Position numbers and translations under genes: made by a program. The notes below the pieces were generated by a model, which saw only the letters and a list, made by a program, of their open reading frames with translations, was not told where the DNA came from and made no database searches. From NCBI RefSeq assembly GCF_009914755.1, contig NC_060942.1: a stretch of DNA of 64,000 nucleotides; one strand, given 5' to 3'. The DNA is from the human T2T-CHM13v2.0 reference genome, Homo sapiens. This document shows, one piece after another, positions 33,171-51,308 of this stretch (the stretch's first letter is position 1; each line of letters begins with the position of its first letter).

Positions 33171-35087
33171 CTACACCTGCCCCATCTCCACCAGACAGAC
33201 TGGACACAAGGCCAAACACGCCCACACCAGCATTCATGGGCAGGATCAGAGGCTCAGGCAGCTGAGGAGAGGGTCTAAGATGCATGAGGGCATTTAGGAA
33301 GCAGCCCATCCCTGAGTGGTGTCCTTCCTACAACCCACGGGGCCACATCCCTGGGGAACTGCTACCAGCTCATGGTGCAGGACAGGTGAGTGTGGGCTCA
33401 CAGGTAAACCCTCCTGAGGGACAGACCTCCTTGCACACAGGGACCTGGGGCTGCTCATCTCCTGAGGAGTGGAGTGGGGCCTCCTCAACAGTGAGACCCT
33501 CAAGGGACAGAGCTCCACACACGCAGGGACCCCAGCTGCTCATCTCCTGAGGAGTGGAGTGGGGCTTCGTCAACATACCATTTATTTCAATTGCATCTCT
33601 CTGATGTCTGCTGCTCCTGTCCATGCAGACACACAGTGTCACCTTCCAGGCAAACTATCCTACCTCTGACAAAGGAGAACATTCATGCAAAGTTTTTAAA
33701 CAAAACAAAGCCACCTGAGGAGGTACAGGATTTAACATTCAGCATCAATCACTCATGTGCCACCGCATAGCCGGTGACTGGAACCGGCGGGTCTCACACA
33801 GGACCCAGGAGGCCTGTCCCCACAGCTGGGCCTGCACTCCCTCTCATCCCTGCACCAGTACAGGTGCTGATGGGCCCAAGGTGACTGCAGGCCATGGGGG
33901 TCAGTGCCACTTCCTCTCCCTCATGAAGGACCACTTTGAAGCCAGAGAAGTTTATTTTGTCCCAAGGAAACACCCCCTTATTATTGCAGACACCAGCAAG
34001 GCATGAGGTCAGGACTGTGGGTGGAAAGCCAGTCAGGGAGGCCCCTGAGCCACGGGATACAGGTGCTAACATTGCTTTTGTTTCCAAATCCTCTAGAACA
34101 GCTGATCACCTAAAAATGACAGCTGTAACAGCCCCAAACTCCTTTCACAGCCTTAACCAGGAACCTCAGGGGCCTCACACCCGCACCCAGGTCCCCAGAA
34201 AGGGGCCTCTTGAGGGCTTATGCACAGGCGTACTGTCCATCCTGTCTCAGAAGCAAAGGCAAAAAGAGAGATCTCACACCTTAGAACTGACTGATTTATA
34301 ACCCAGCTTTTGACAAGCGTACTGATGTGATAAGACAGAAAATAAATGCACCCATTCAGCAGGCAGGCTTTTAGGAGGAGCGGAGAGATTCACACAGTGC
34401 TCTGACGGCCCTCGAGACACAAAGGCTTCACGAACACCCTCCGAGTGTAGAAGGGATGAGCTGCCAACCAGGCAACCCAGGCACACCTCCCAGGCTGAAG
34501 GTGGAGTGGAAGCTCTTGGCCCTGCGGGTGTCCACAGCTCACCATGAGTGAAGCTGCTGTGAGGTCTTCATTCCACATGTCAAGTTCAGGCACGTTTTCC
34601 AAGAAAGATTGTCCAACTTTCATTGTACACAAAGGGCCCCAGCACAGCGATGTCCTGGACCTCTGGCACAGTGTCAGGCCTGTTCTCATCTCAGGTCCCA
34701 GCTTCTCCCACAACATCCAGCCCACCAGAGGGACCCCAGAGATTGATCAGCTGGTGTGAACTCAAGGAAAGCCAGGAAATGCATAAGAACAGCCAATCAA
34801 ACCACAGAATTCGAAGAAGGGTTGTGAAAGCCCTTCACACATCAGCAGTAGGGACCTTAAATTCTGTAAGATAAAGGATCTTTTCTGATTTTGATTAATC
34901 CACAAATAGCTAATAAGTTGTGGTTCAAGGCCTCCAGGACCTACAACTGCCTCACCCCAAATCCAGACAGGGGTCACAGTCTCTGTGTACACCAGAGCCA
35001 GGAACAATCCCAATGCTGAGTCATAGGTAAGATCAATGACCGAGATCACCCCCATAGGGCAGACTTGCATCACTGAAAGCCAGTATT

Positions 35088-35213
35088 AGTGGGGCATGGT
35101 GGTGTGCACCTGTAGTCCCAGCTACTCGGGAGGGAGGCTGAGACAGGAGGATCACTCAAGCCCAGGTGAGTGACTGGTGAGACTCACCAGTCACCAAGTC
35201 AAGGTGACTGTAA
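35088..35213 (+). mobile_element. Truncated Alu arm abutting the L1 5' junction
   Basis: ggcatggtggtgtgcacctgtagtcccagctactcgg...ggatcactcaagcccagg; no A tail. Confidence 0.8.
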
Positions 35214-39013
<3,800 letters not shown>

Positions 39014-39825
39014 ACTGGTCTGGCGATAGAGACCCTAATAGTGGTTACCTCGGGGGTAGGTACTCACTAGAAAAGGGCATGAAGGAACCTTCCTGGATGC
39101 TGGAATGTTCTGCATCTTGACCACCAAGCCGTACACTTAAGATGAGTGTATTTCACTGTAATACACTCACTGAACACAGCAGACACTGTCGTTGGGCTAA
39201 GGGGGTCTGGGACAGCTTCCTGAACAGGCAGTGATTTGAGCCCTGAGGCAGGAAGGCAAGGCTGAACTTCCACTGGCAAGAGTAGGAAAGGATCGGCTTG
39301 CTGGGAGGTCACAGAATCGGGGGGCGGGCGGGGGAAGTGGGAGGTGACAGATAGACTAGTAGTTTCACGTAGGCCACGTGGGAGGGCCTCGGTGCCCAGG
39401 CTGAAAGCATCCTGCACTACAGTGGTTTTCAAACTTTTTAATCAGCGAAAGCCTTTTCTTCCCCCAAGTGAAATGCTACACATGTATCTCAAAACCAAGC
39501 AGATCTGCTCTGGTTGGGGCTGGGGAGTGGAGCCCTCCCCTCTTAGACTCCTCTGCCACTGTCTATGAAGTATGGGATGAGTGACTGATGTGAAGGGAGA
39601 ATAAGGGAGAGGTGGGGCAGGGGCCAGGGTACAGGAGAGCTCGTCCTTAGACCCCAGGAACATGGGAGCAGCAGGGAGAAGAGGGGGTCGAAGGTACCTG
39701 ATGACACAGCTGTACCAGAAGTGCTCTGGTCCAGCCACCCCATTCCCAGTGGGCTGGTCCTTGGAGCACTTGAGTGTGCCCAGGCAACTCTGCAAGAGGA
39801 AGTGTGTAGGGCTGCTGGTCTACAA

Positions 39826-40033
39826 CAGGGGTACCCTGGGCTACACTGGAGGAAGAATCATCATCTTGGGCCACACATAAAATGCACTAATGACAGCTGA
39901 TGAGCTAAAAAAAAAATTACCAAAAAAAAATCTCATAAAGTTTTAGGAAAGTTTATGAGTTTGTGTTGGGCCACGTTATTCAAAGCCATCCTGTTCCACA
40001 TGTGGCCCATAGGCCATGGATTGGACAAGCTTG
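39826..40033 (+). mobile_element. MER30 hAT-Charlie MITE
   Basis: CAGGGGT...GGACAAGCTTG termini with perfect 8-bp TSD GTCTACAA (39818-39825 and 40034-40041). Confidence 0.9.
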
Positions 40034-40309
40034 GTCTACAAGGAAGGGGCACAAGCACCCCTGGAGCTGCTGAGCTGGCAACAAGCAGGTTCCTGGCCTA
40101 TCTCTGAGCACTGAGAAACTCAGGAGGTGCCAACAGCAACAGAAATAGCTATGTGGGCTTTTAATTTCCAAAGTACCTCACCTTTTCCCCTCAGCTACAG
40201 CACTAGTGCCACTTACCTTCACAGGATACAGAGGGCAAGGCCACTGACGCCTCTCAGGGATGCCCCGGCAATGAGCCAACTGGCAAATCAATGTATCAAT
40301 ACATTTTAA

Positions 40310-40795
40310 TTGGTAAAGAAAAGAAGCTTATTTGGCTCACAGTTCTGCAGACTGTACAAGAAGCATGGTGCCAGTATCTGTTTCTGGGGAGGGCTTCTGG
40401 CTGCTTCTACTCACAGTGGAAGGTGGAAGGAGAGCCGGCATGTGCAGAGATCATGTGGCAAGAGAGGAGGCAACGGGGGAGGAGCCAGGCTCTTGTTAAC
40501 AACCAGCTCTTGCTAGAACTCATAGAGCAAGAACTCACTCATTACCATGAGGATGGCACCAAGCCATTCACGAGGGATCCACCTCCATGACCCAAACACT
40601 TCCGTTTAGGCTGTACCTCCAACATCGGGGACCAAATTTCAACATGAGGTTTTGATGGTCAAATATCTAAGCTATAACATTCTCCCTGTTCCCACAAATC
40701 TCATGTCCTTATGACACTGCAAAATATAATCATCCCTTCTCAATAGTTCCCAAAAGTCCTAACTTGTTCCAGCATCAGCTCAAAAGTGCAAGTAG
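40310..40795 (-). mobile_element. MST LTR plus start of MST internal sequence
   Basis: ggctcacagttctgcagactgtacaagaagcatggtgcc...aaatttcaacatgag...tctcatgtcctt. Confidence 0.8.
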
Positions 40796-41749
40796 TTGTC
40801 CCTTTCCTCAAAAAGTAATTTTCTAAATTTGCTCAACGGACCATTTCTGAACCAGTAGCTGTCAGGAAAACCCACTTGTTTTTCATCTGAATTCGACCCA
40901 AGGAACACTGATTGTGTCCCTAATATAAACAAGGCACTGCTCTTCCCACCTCCAATGCTGAGCTCTTCCTTACACAGCACGCCATTGAGAAACGCAGCTA
41001 GGGTTCTGAACTGGCCTCTGAAAACATGTGGGGAGGATTAAAGAGCCCCAAATAAGGACAAGTGGGGACTGGACCCTACCTGCTTCTGGGAGCTATGGAG
41101 ACCTGGCCTAGAATCTCAAACCACCTCACACAGGCATCACTGTTGCCGATGCAGAGACTATCAGAGCAATTTCAGGGGAGACTCAGCACATTGACTGGTC
41201 TTGCGGGGTGGTGGGATGACTGGGCTGCACCGGAAACCTCCGATTTCAAGGAGACGTGAGGCTGTGGATCTGGTGATAGCTTGATTATCAAGACAAAGGA
41301 CATTCCACCTCACCCAAATCTGCCCACTTACCTGACTGAACCTTCACTGGTGTTTTTAAGGCAGGGATGTTGTACGTTTTACCCCAGCACATGCCCTATG
41401 CCTGCCACAAAGTAGTTGCTCAGTAAATGAGTAAACAAATGTATGGATAAGATCAGACTCTGAAAGAATAGCTACTGAATAGAGGACTTCCCGTGAGGCC
41501 ATGCAGCAAGAACCTTCTACAGTGATGCAAGAAAAATAGAACTTCTCCCCATAAAACACAAGACTAACCCTCCCAGCTGTTTCTTGCAAGCTCCAGATTC
41601 AGACAGCTGAGGGAGTCTCTCACCCTATGCACGGTGAGCTGGGAATGTGTGCACCTGTGTCCTGGTTTGTATTTCATGGCTTATTGGATCCTGAGAGGGG
41701 TGTGAGCCCTCTTCCAGCAGCCACGGACAACTGGTGGTTCCCACTCTAG

Positions 41750-42030
41750 ACTTTGGAGCTAGACTATCTGGGTTCCAACCCCACTTATGAGCTTTATGAC
41801 CTTCGGCAGGTCAGTGAAGCACCCTGTGACTCAGTTTCCTCTTCATCTGTATAGTGGGTGTGATAAACGAACCCACGTTACAGTATTGAGATGGGCATTA
41901 GTGAACTATCTGCAATTGCAATGCATTTAGGATGGTCCCTGGCCCACGTTACAGTATTGTGATGGGCATTAGTGAACTATCTGCAATTGCAATGTATTTA
42001 GGATGGTCCCTGGCACATATATGCACGTAT
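41750..42030. mobile_element. MIR carrying a 71-bp tandem duplication (41872-42013)
   Basis: MIR core (ctgtgactcagtttcctc..catctgt); unit CCCACGTTACAGTATTG...GGATGGTCCCTGG at 41872 and 41943. Confidence 0.8.
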
Positions 42031-43169
42031 ATTGGAGGGGCATTAAGTAAATGTTATTAATACTCCAGAACACAACCTCTCTGCACAGCAGGCAACGTCC
42101 AGCCTGGGGGACTCGGGGCAGGGCCGCAGGGTGTGTGTTGGGAAGAGGCTGGGGCCTACACAGGAGCATGTACCTCCCATGGATCCCCAGGGTCATGGTG
42201 CAGTAGAAATTTGCCCAGAGGAAGTGGATTTGACATGTAAGCAGCCAAGTGAACACATCTAACCACCTGGAAGGTTCTGCTGCTGTCATGCCAGGCTCCC
42301 TTCTTGCTGCCTCTAAAGGTCATGGAGACCCCTTTATGGGAAAAGATCAGGATGCCTCTCCCCTTTGTACTAATTCTGGACGTGATTCACAAACGCCAGA
42401 GCTTCTGAGACCTTGAATGGCTGCATCTCCCAATCCTTGATATTCCTTCACTTCCCTAAAATTAGGGCCTTCTATCTGAAATGCCATGGGTCCTAGGAAA
42501 GGGCTCTACCCCCTGGCTAGCTGGGGTGCCCACCTGGAAGGCCATCAGAGTCTCCCAGGCCACAGACCTACAAGAAATTGGCAGCCTCCAGGGGCAGTGA
42601 CGCCATCAGTGCCCCCCAGGCTGACTCTGCACTTGGGTCCCTGGTAAGTCTCCCTAAGATGTGACTTCCCAAATCAAGTCACTGAACCTGTTTAAGCACA
42701 GACATGCACAAATACAACAAAACTAAAGTCTTAAAAGGGTGTAGCTGACACACACAGGTGAGTCAAACCATGTCCAGGCAATTCTTAACTGGCCCACAGG
42801 AGGCAAGTGTCAGCCACCCAATGGGGAGGCCTGGCCTCAGCTCCATCCCACCGGCTGTCGCACATCACACAGCTGGAAGGGCATGTTCCTGCAGCACCAT
42901 GGCAGCCAACGGCCTCAGCCAGCAGTAAGATCTTGGGGACCAGAGGAGATATGCTAACACAAAACACTGCACACCTGGCTGTCCCCAGGAGAACCTGGCC
43001 AGCCAGTGCATCAGCCAGCCCACCAACAGGCTCCTCATACCCTTGTCATCCTGGAGGGCCCAAGTTTAATGCCTGGGGGCAAGGTCACAACACTCTCAGA
43101 GCCAGTCACCCTCAGCACCATCTGCACTGATTGGAAACATTGCGAACAAGAAGCTCCCATAACTTATTA

Positions 43170-44010
43170 ACTCCCAAGAAAACTAACAGAGAAAAAGGAT
43201 TCAGGACAAAACCAGGCAGTTGAAAATAAATACACAAATAGCCAATAAATACGAAAATTTCAACTCTCTAATAACTTAAGAGATACAAATTAAAACAATG
43301 GGATACCATTTCACTCATCTAATTGGGAAAGAATGAGAAAATGCCCAGCGCTAGAAGGAGGAAAGAAGAAAGGGATGGGGAGAAAGAAACAGATGAATGA
43401 ATAGATATGAAACAGCATCTATAAATTGGTAAAATAAACTTTCCAGAAGAAAAGTAGAAATACGCACTCAAAGCCTGTAAAAGTACGTGCCTTTCCCAGG
43501 TGATGTCACTTCCAGGAATTTGTTCTAAAGATCAGTAAGAATTTTGCACTGGTTTAATATAATCAATAATCTTTACATATTTTATATGTGTATATTCTAT
43601 ATATAATCTTTATATAAAGACTTAAAGATATTATTTACAGCACTGTTTACTGTGGAAAAAATTGGGGTTAACTTAAGATACTGGTTAGTCATGGTTTAGA
43701 CATGAGCAGGAATATGATGCAGTCTTTTCTGTTGTCTAAAAATATTACTGACATGAAAAAACACTCGCAATACATGATAAGTTAGAGGGGAAGCCGGCTA
43801 CACCATGACATGCCTATTTGACCCAAATTCTGTAACACAAGAATGCGTGCATCATACAGGCACACAAAAGACCGGAAGGCCAGAGGCAACATTTAACAGT
43901 GGCTCACCTTTGGACAGGAGAGCTACCAATGGTGTTGGCCCTTCTTTGTGCTTGGCTGTGGTTTCTAAATTTCCTACGATGACACTGTGTTAGCTTAGAA
44001 TCCAAAAAAG
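43170..44010 (+). mobile_element. Ancient L1ME-like 3' fragment
   Basis: aaatagccaataaat...aattaaaacaatgggataccatttcac...ttatttacagcactgttt, degenerate L1 3' region. Confidence 0.55.
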
Positions 44011-46559
44011 CCCCATCATTATTTAATCAGGAAGCACAAATGGGATGAAAACCTTCTCCCTCAGATATAATTAACACGACAGACAATCTGTGCCGAACAT
44101 AACTGTGGCACCAGCATCATGACAAGTGCCAATAAGATGACCAGAAACACCAAGAAGGGGTCGGACAGAGAAAGTTTGTTCTGGCACAGGCATCCAGAAT
44201 GACTTTGTAGAAGAGGGAGCTGTCTAAGAAGGTCCTCAGGATAGGGCAGATTCTCAGAGAAAGCATTTCAGGTAGGGGAAGCCACAAACTAGGGAAACAC
44301 AGGCCAAAGAAAGCGTGGGCCGAGGGCATGAGCAGCGGGCCATCTACGCTCACGTCTGAAGGAACTCGGGGCTCTGGGCTGAGCACACTGCTGGGAGCGG
44401 GGATGAGCTGTGTTTCTCTGGATTTTTCAAGCTCATGCGGACGACAGTGGAATTGACGCAATACTGACGTAGGTAAAGGCGTTGCTAAGTTCGTAGTGGC
44501 ACCGTGTTGCTTGCTGTCTTCTCCTCATATGAAAATTCATCTCCATTTACCGCCCCCTGTAAACCCCTTCCGATCCCAGCACTGGCTTTTCCGCTGCATT
44601 CTAAGGTGGCCAAGGACTCTTGCTCTCCTCCATGTGAAACACCCTAACCCTCTGCGTAGCTCCTCCCTCCCCACGGCAGGTCCTGTGGAAGGAGAGGCCA
44701 AAGTCGAAGCTAAGTGGGAAAAGGGTGGTCCCATGAACAGAACTAGGGAATTGGAAGTACATACTGCAGCTGGTTTGGTGAGGAACAGATGAATCACTGG
44801 AATTCAGGTAAAAATGTTTGGAGAAGTATAAGGGCTGCAAAATGAGGAAAAGCCACCAGGTCAAGATCAAGACCATATGGCCCCTCGCGCACACACACCA
44901 GGGTCCTGTCCCTAAGCACTGGGGACTGACCATCTGTGGCAAATGGTGAATGACAAAAATTCTGAGAGAACCTAAGGCAGTTTTCCAACCCAATATCTTA
45001 AAATGCCAAAGAATTCTGACCTGCAGTATTTAACTCAAAGCGCTCTTGTATTCAATGCATTTCATCTTGATAGGTAAGCAGAAAAGGTATCATGCCCATT
45101 TTACAGATGAAATAACCGATGCTTGGAAAAGTTAAATGACTTGCCCAAAAGCTCACAAATGCAGTAGGTGGCAGAACCCAGGCTGGACTCAGCTCCCCAG
45201 ACGCCATTTTCCCCACAAACCAAACCATGGTGTTATGGTGCTACATTGAGGTTGTCATAAGGCTTTGCTGTTATTTTGACAACAGCGGCTCCCTATGGAG
45301 ATAGATGCTACAGTAACAAATATTAACCATAAAGTGGGTAAGTGGGAAGCTGTGCACAGAAGGAAGAGCCACACGGACCCTCTGGACAAGCAGCAAGTTC
45401 AGCCCCATCACGGTGGGGAGGGCACAACAGCAAGTCCAGTAAGGCCCAGGTCAGTGTGGCCCTTCCAAGGACACCCCAGTTCAACCAAAACTCTGGCGCT
45501 GCCACTCACCTCCAGACAAGCATCTGCTGCATCTGAACTTGAATCCATGCTTGGGGTGTAAGGCAGCACCCCTTCTTTGCCAAGTGGAGCTGGCAGAAGC
45601 AGGCAGGCTGACACCCCAGGGAAGGCAGAGGCAGCCTCTGTAGTGCCAGCAGCCCAGGACTGCAGGATGAGGCCTGGTGAGGGCATGTCCTCCAGACCTA
45701 CCCTGTGCCTGGTTGAGGCCTCTGATTCTCTGGAGCTATGTGTGTGAGGAGGCAGCCACCCTCTGCAGAGGGCAAATGAGCACAGAAGTGAGTCTTTAAC
45801 GCTCATGTTAACCAACCAGTCCTCCCTGGTTAAACAGCTGCTGTGAAGGGCAGCAGGAAGGATCCTAGGATGAAAGGGGAAAACTGCTCTGCACCTTGAT
45901 TGTGTTGGTGGTCACACCACCGCACAGACCTAGGCGTACACGAATGAGTGTGTCACGCTGCTGAGACCCGCTAAGGTCTGTGTCCAGGATACGACAGTGT
46001 GCTAGTCACACGAGATGCCACCATCAGGGAGGCTGAGCAAAGGCTCAGAGGCTGAGAACACAGACCTCTATATTCTCTCACAGCTACTTGTGAATGTACA
46101 ATAATCTCAAAATAAAAAGTTTAAATAAGATTACATACCACACGTGCTTATTGTCTACTGTACTAGATAGTGCAGCTCCAGAGAGCTGTGTTCCCACTGA
46201 GCTAAAGAAACCTCCCGCCCATGCTTGTGGGCTCTTCCCCTCACCTAACCCACAGCTGGCACACTTGATTTGGGGGAGCTGGGGGCACTTCTGTGCTCCA
46301 GAGAAGATGGGTGTGGGGCCGAGGTCATGGGGCAAGGGTAAGGACAGGATCTTATGATAAATGAGGGATTCATTAAAAGACCGTGTACCCCTAAGCAGAG
46401 AAGGATCCTGCAACTCACTGTAGCAGGCTGGAGAGGCGGCCATGCTGTTGCTGGGACACCTCCCCGCCTCAATCCTCTGCAGACACCCTGGAAATCCTAC
46501 TCCAAAGGTCAGAGCAGCACAGCGAGAGGGGGCTGTTGGACTTGCCTCCCCAGAGACAG

Positions 46560-48270
46560 GGGAGGGAACACCCGCCCTGCGCCCAAGATAGGCACACAGT
46601 TAGGGGTGCGGGCTCCCACTCCGCCGTCAGGAGCCTTTCCCACAACTCTGAGAACCGGGGTGCGAAGAAAGAAAGGGCGAAAGGGCCGCTCAACTCCCAG
46701 AGAGTAGCCAGCGAAAGACTCGAGGGGCCCCCTCCCGCAGGACCCCGAACAACTGCAGCACCTCCTCAGCCCGCGGGGTCCACCAAGGAGACCCTCACAA
46801 ACAATAGCATCTGCGGCGAAGGAACCACCCCCGCAAAGGGCAGAAGCGCCAGATCCTACCAGCCAATTACCCAGACGCGCATCGCGACCCGCAAGTTCGG
46901 GCACGCTCCGCCCGGGCGCAGGCAGCGGGAGGGGCCGGGCACGCCCGTGGGGGTGGTCTGGGTACGGGTCTGATCCGGGGGCGCGCTCGGGAGGGGTCTG
47001 GGTCTGAGCCGGGGGCGCGCCCGGGGGAGTGGGCTGGGTCTGGGGCGGGGGCGCGTCCGGAGGTGGGGGAGTCTGGGGTGGGGGCGCGCCCGTGGGGGTG
47101 GGGTGGGGTGTCTGGCCCGGGGACGCGCCCGGGGAGGCGTGGTCTGGGTCTGGGCCGGGGGAGAGCCGGGTGCGTGCTCTGGGTCTGCGCGGGGGAGCGC
47201 GCCTGGTGCCTAGATGTTTGGTACCGAGCGGGTGGGGGACGCCGGGCTCGGAGCCGGCGGCAAGTCTCCTCCTGGCAGGTAACAAGCCTCCTTTGCAGCC
47301 TTGAAGGCGCCTTGGCCAGGGCCATCCCACGGCCCGGGCCCCCAGAGCCCCCCCACGGCCCCGAATCCGAGCAGCCCCTGGCCCTCAACTCGCCCCGGAA
47401 AGGCCGCCCTCCCCTCCAATGTGTGGCGCGCCCCGATCGCCTCTCACTCGTGGAACAAAAGAGCAGCTCCCGCGGAGCGGGTCCAGAGTCTGCCCGGACT
47501 GTCCGATGGCCCTCGGCCCTCTGAGCGCCGCGGCTGCCGGGCTTTGTGTCCGCGCGGGGGGCGGGAAGGACGGCCGGGGTCCCCAGTGCGCGTCCCGCGG
47601 AGCGGCGCGCGGCGCCCGAACTGGAAAGTTGTCGCCGGCGCCTGTCGCCTCCACGCCGCCCCAGTCCCCCTCCGCGGGGCGCCCCATTCATTAGCCAGGA
47701 GACTGGGCGCAGGGCCGCCGGGGCGGGCGGGGGGCTTACCTTGCTCTTGACTTCCACTGCGCTGCAATCGTAGAATCGCAAGGTCTGAGACTTGTGAAAA
47801 CTTCGGTTCATGGTTTCGGCCCCGGTCAGCCTCGCCGTCGCCCTCGCTCCTCAGGGGCCGCAGAAAGACTCCCGGGGGCGGCGCCCCCAGGCCCCGGCCC
47901 CGGCCCCGGCCCGCGCTCGCTTGGCCGGCGGGCTGCTCCCGGTGCTGCGGGCCCGAGCTGGGCTGGCCGCGCGCCTCAGGGACTCCAGGGGCCGCGCGCG
48001 GGAGGAGCGCGGGGGACGCCGGCGCGCGCCGCCCCACCTCCCGGCGCCCGCGCCCGCGCCCCGCCCCGCCCCCGAGCCCCGGAGGACCCGCCCATATCCC
48101 CGCCCACAGCCCCGCCCCGCGCTCCGGAGGACCCGCCACACCACGCCCCCACGCTGCAGCTCCGCGTCGGATCGCCAGTGGGTGCGCGCCCTCCTGTCCA
48201 CAATCCCAGAGCCTGGGGAAAGGAGCATCGCGGCCAGCCCAAGGCGTCTCGTTTTGATTGCCTCCACCGA
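46560..48270. promoter_or_regulatory. PARD6G: CpG island spanning the PARD6G promoter, exon 1 and start of intron 1
   Basis: Very high GC and CpG density. Tandem GC boxes (CCCCGCCCC) at ~48055-48122 and duplicated CCGGAGGACCCGCC. No TATA box seen. Confidence 0.93.
47740..47811 (-). CDS. PARD6G: PARD6G coding exon 1 ([24 protein letters not shown]), Par-6 family cell polarity regulator gamma
   Basis: ATG in gaaaccATG context; donor AAG|gtaagc. N-terminus matches Par6 gamma and splices in frame to the PB1 exon. Confidence 0.97.
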
Positions 48271-48436
48271 GCAACCTAGGATAGGGGTTGATTTTTGCCA
48301 TTGTTTTGGGTAATATTCAAGTGAAGAATGCTAACGAGAACCACTGGAGACCTGATCCCAAAAGGCATCACCTGTCAGTACTAATTGTCAAGTTGCTGAT
48401 GGCCTGGGAGAAGGGTTTTATCAAATAGGCTTAGAG

Positions 48437-48660
<224 letters not shown>

Positions 48661-49189
48661 TTAGAGGGCTTTATTAGATAGCCTATCTCTAGGGAGAGGA
48701 TCAGAAGCACCTGCCTGATGCGAAAGGAGACTTTTTCTAAGGCAGCTAGAAAAAGAGAACCTGTTAAGACAAAGAATCAATTACTAGCAGCATCAATGAA
48801 TATTTACCAATCAAGAGGCCTCTGAAACGGGCTTGCTGAAACCAAAGATACAATCCTTGCCCTTGAGGAATTTGTGATGAAGTTCAGAAGACAAGACAGT
48901 TTTTAAAAAATCATTTTGAAGTATACTATGAATTGTAATCTACAAGCCATATAATTATAAATCTCACCATACATTCATTGCAAAAGAAACCTGCAGAATA
49001 TAAAGAAGTGAAAAAACCTGTAAAAATTACCTGTAGTCATGCTACTCAGCAATCAACTGTATTAACCTTTGGTGTATTTTATTTTCACTTATTTTTCTGC
49101 ATATATATTTGTATATTTTACAAAGTTGTGACCATGCTGTTTATCTCGTTTTACAACTTGCACTTTTCACCTTGTGCTATATAATGAAC

Positions 49190-49472
49190 TTTTTCTTCTT
49201 CTAAAAACAGGATCTTGCTATGTCGCCCATGTTGTAGTGCAATGCCATAATCACAGCTCACTGCAGCCTCAAACTCCTTGGCTCAAGCAATCCTTCCACC
49301 TCAGCCTCTTGAGGACCACAGATTTGTGCCACCACACAGACTAATTTTATTTTTATTTTTGTTTTTTGTAAAGATGGGGGTCTCTTTATGTTGTCCAGGC
49401 TTGTCTCAAACTCCTGGCCTCAAGCAATGCTTCCACCTCTGCCTCCCAGATGTGAGCCACTATACTCGGCCA
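49190..49472 (-). mobile_element. AluJ (diverged)
   Basis: Reverse Alu with small deletions. Confidence 0.85.
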
Positions 49473-50339
49473 GAACGGTTTTATTAAATGTTCTTAGAGA
49501 AGATGTTTTCTAAAAGGTGCTTATATGAATATAGGCATAATTTATAATCATTTCATTATTGTTGGATATTTAAGATGTTTCCACTGTTAAGCTTTTATAT
49601 CACACTGTTTTAAAAATTTGCTTATATTCAATGTTTTAAATGGACTTCTAAAATTAGAACTACTAGGCCACAAACTACACACCTCTAAAGCCTTTAACAC
49701 AAATTACTTTCATAGAAATCTGATTTTCCTTTATTTTTGCTAAGTATTTACCCTGTTATATGCTGGGACTTAGTGCCAGGGAGTACCATTACAAAGCCAC
49801 TGAGTTATAATCACTGCCCTTTAGAGAAATGCTAGGCTGGCCAGAGGACCGGATATGTAAACAGAGTTCCAAAACAAGGCACGTGCGCAGTAAGTAAGCA
49901 AGCAAACAAAAAATGCCAAGAGACACACACTTGGCAAGCAGACTGTGGACAGAGGTGCTGCCATTCTTTCAAGGGAAATTTCCTAAACTGAATGCAAATC
50001 TTTGGATTTGAGAAAAGTCACAGGCTCAATGCTGACTGCAAGTTGCCCATTACAGTGGGCAACATTGTTTTGTGGTTAGAAGAGGCTCAGTAATATCCTG
50101 AGGGAGGAGCTCCAACTGTCACATTTTAAGAAATGCAGGGACAAAGGAGTATGTGGAGGAATGAACAGCACTGTAGGCAATGAAGGTGGGAGTGGGGTCC
50201 ACCCAGTAAGCTCGGGGCTTTGGAGTGGGAAGACGCCTTTTAAAGGAAAGGCTGGAAGGCTACGGAATTTCAAGTAGCCCTAGACTTGGCTCTGGACCAG
50301 GTTGATGAGAGTGAGATCACTTTGTCAATGCCTGTGGCT

Positions 50340-50480
50340 CAGAGTGTGGTGTAAGGCCCAAAATCTGCTCCACCTGGCACTTGTTAGCAATACCCCACCC
50401 AGACCCACTGAATCAGAATCCGCACTTGAACAAGATCCCCAGGTGATTCATGTCCACACTGAAGTTTGAGAGGTGCTGCT
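50340..50480. mobile_element. MER5A-like fragment
   Basis: ccccacccagacccactgaatcagaatc..aacaagatccccaggtgattc..aagtttgaga. Confidence 0.7.
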
Positions 50481-50736
50481 CCTTTATCTTAATCATCTGT
50501 TGCTCCACAGTTCTTGATTGGCATGATCTGCAGGCAAAAGCAGGAGGAAAGGCTGGGAAAGCTTGCTGTTGCGTGTGGAGCTTGAGTTTCCAGCTGAGAC
50601 TTGAACTGGATTTGCTAGGGCTTTGAGCTCTAGGTTCAGGCGGGTATAGACCAAAAAAAAATTAACTGAGCCTTCAGCTGGAAAGGCTTTTACACAGTAC
50701 AGCAGCCAGATTGGAAAAAACAAAAGCCCTCTCCTA

Positions 50737-51026
<290 letters not shown>

Positions 51027-51308
51027 AAGGGAGTGGGGGAGGAAAAGGAAAAGAAGAAAGAAAGAGAAAAGAAAGGAGAGAGAGAAAAGACTCCTCAGAT
51101 CCTGGCCTGATAGCCTGCCTTTTCACACAACTGGGGGTCATGGGAGCCTCTGAGAGGCTGACTTGTTTCAGACAGAAAATGAGAGAGAAAATAGGAATGG
51201 GTAGGGGTTAAATCTTCCTCAAATCACGGCTTCTAAGAACCCATCTAATAACTGAACCATCAGGAGCAAAAAGGAAGTATGTTGTGGACCCAGTAAAATG
51301 TATTCCTT

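Noticed and set aside
46509-48313. Long (up to 314 aa) Pro/Gly/Arg-rich ORFs
   Set aside because: Stop-codon scarcity in a CpG island; only the first 24 codons of 46867..47811 form a real exon.
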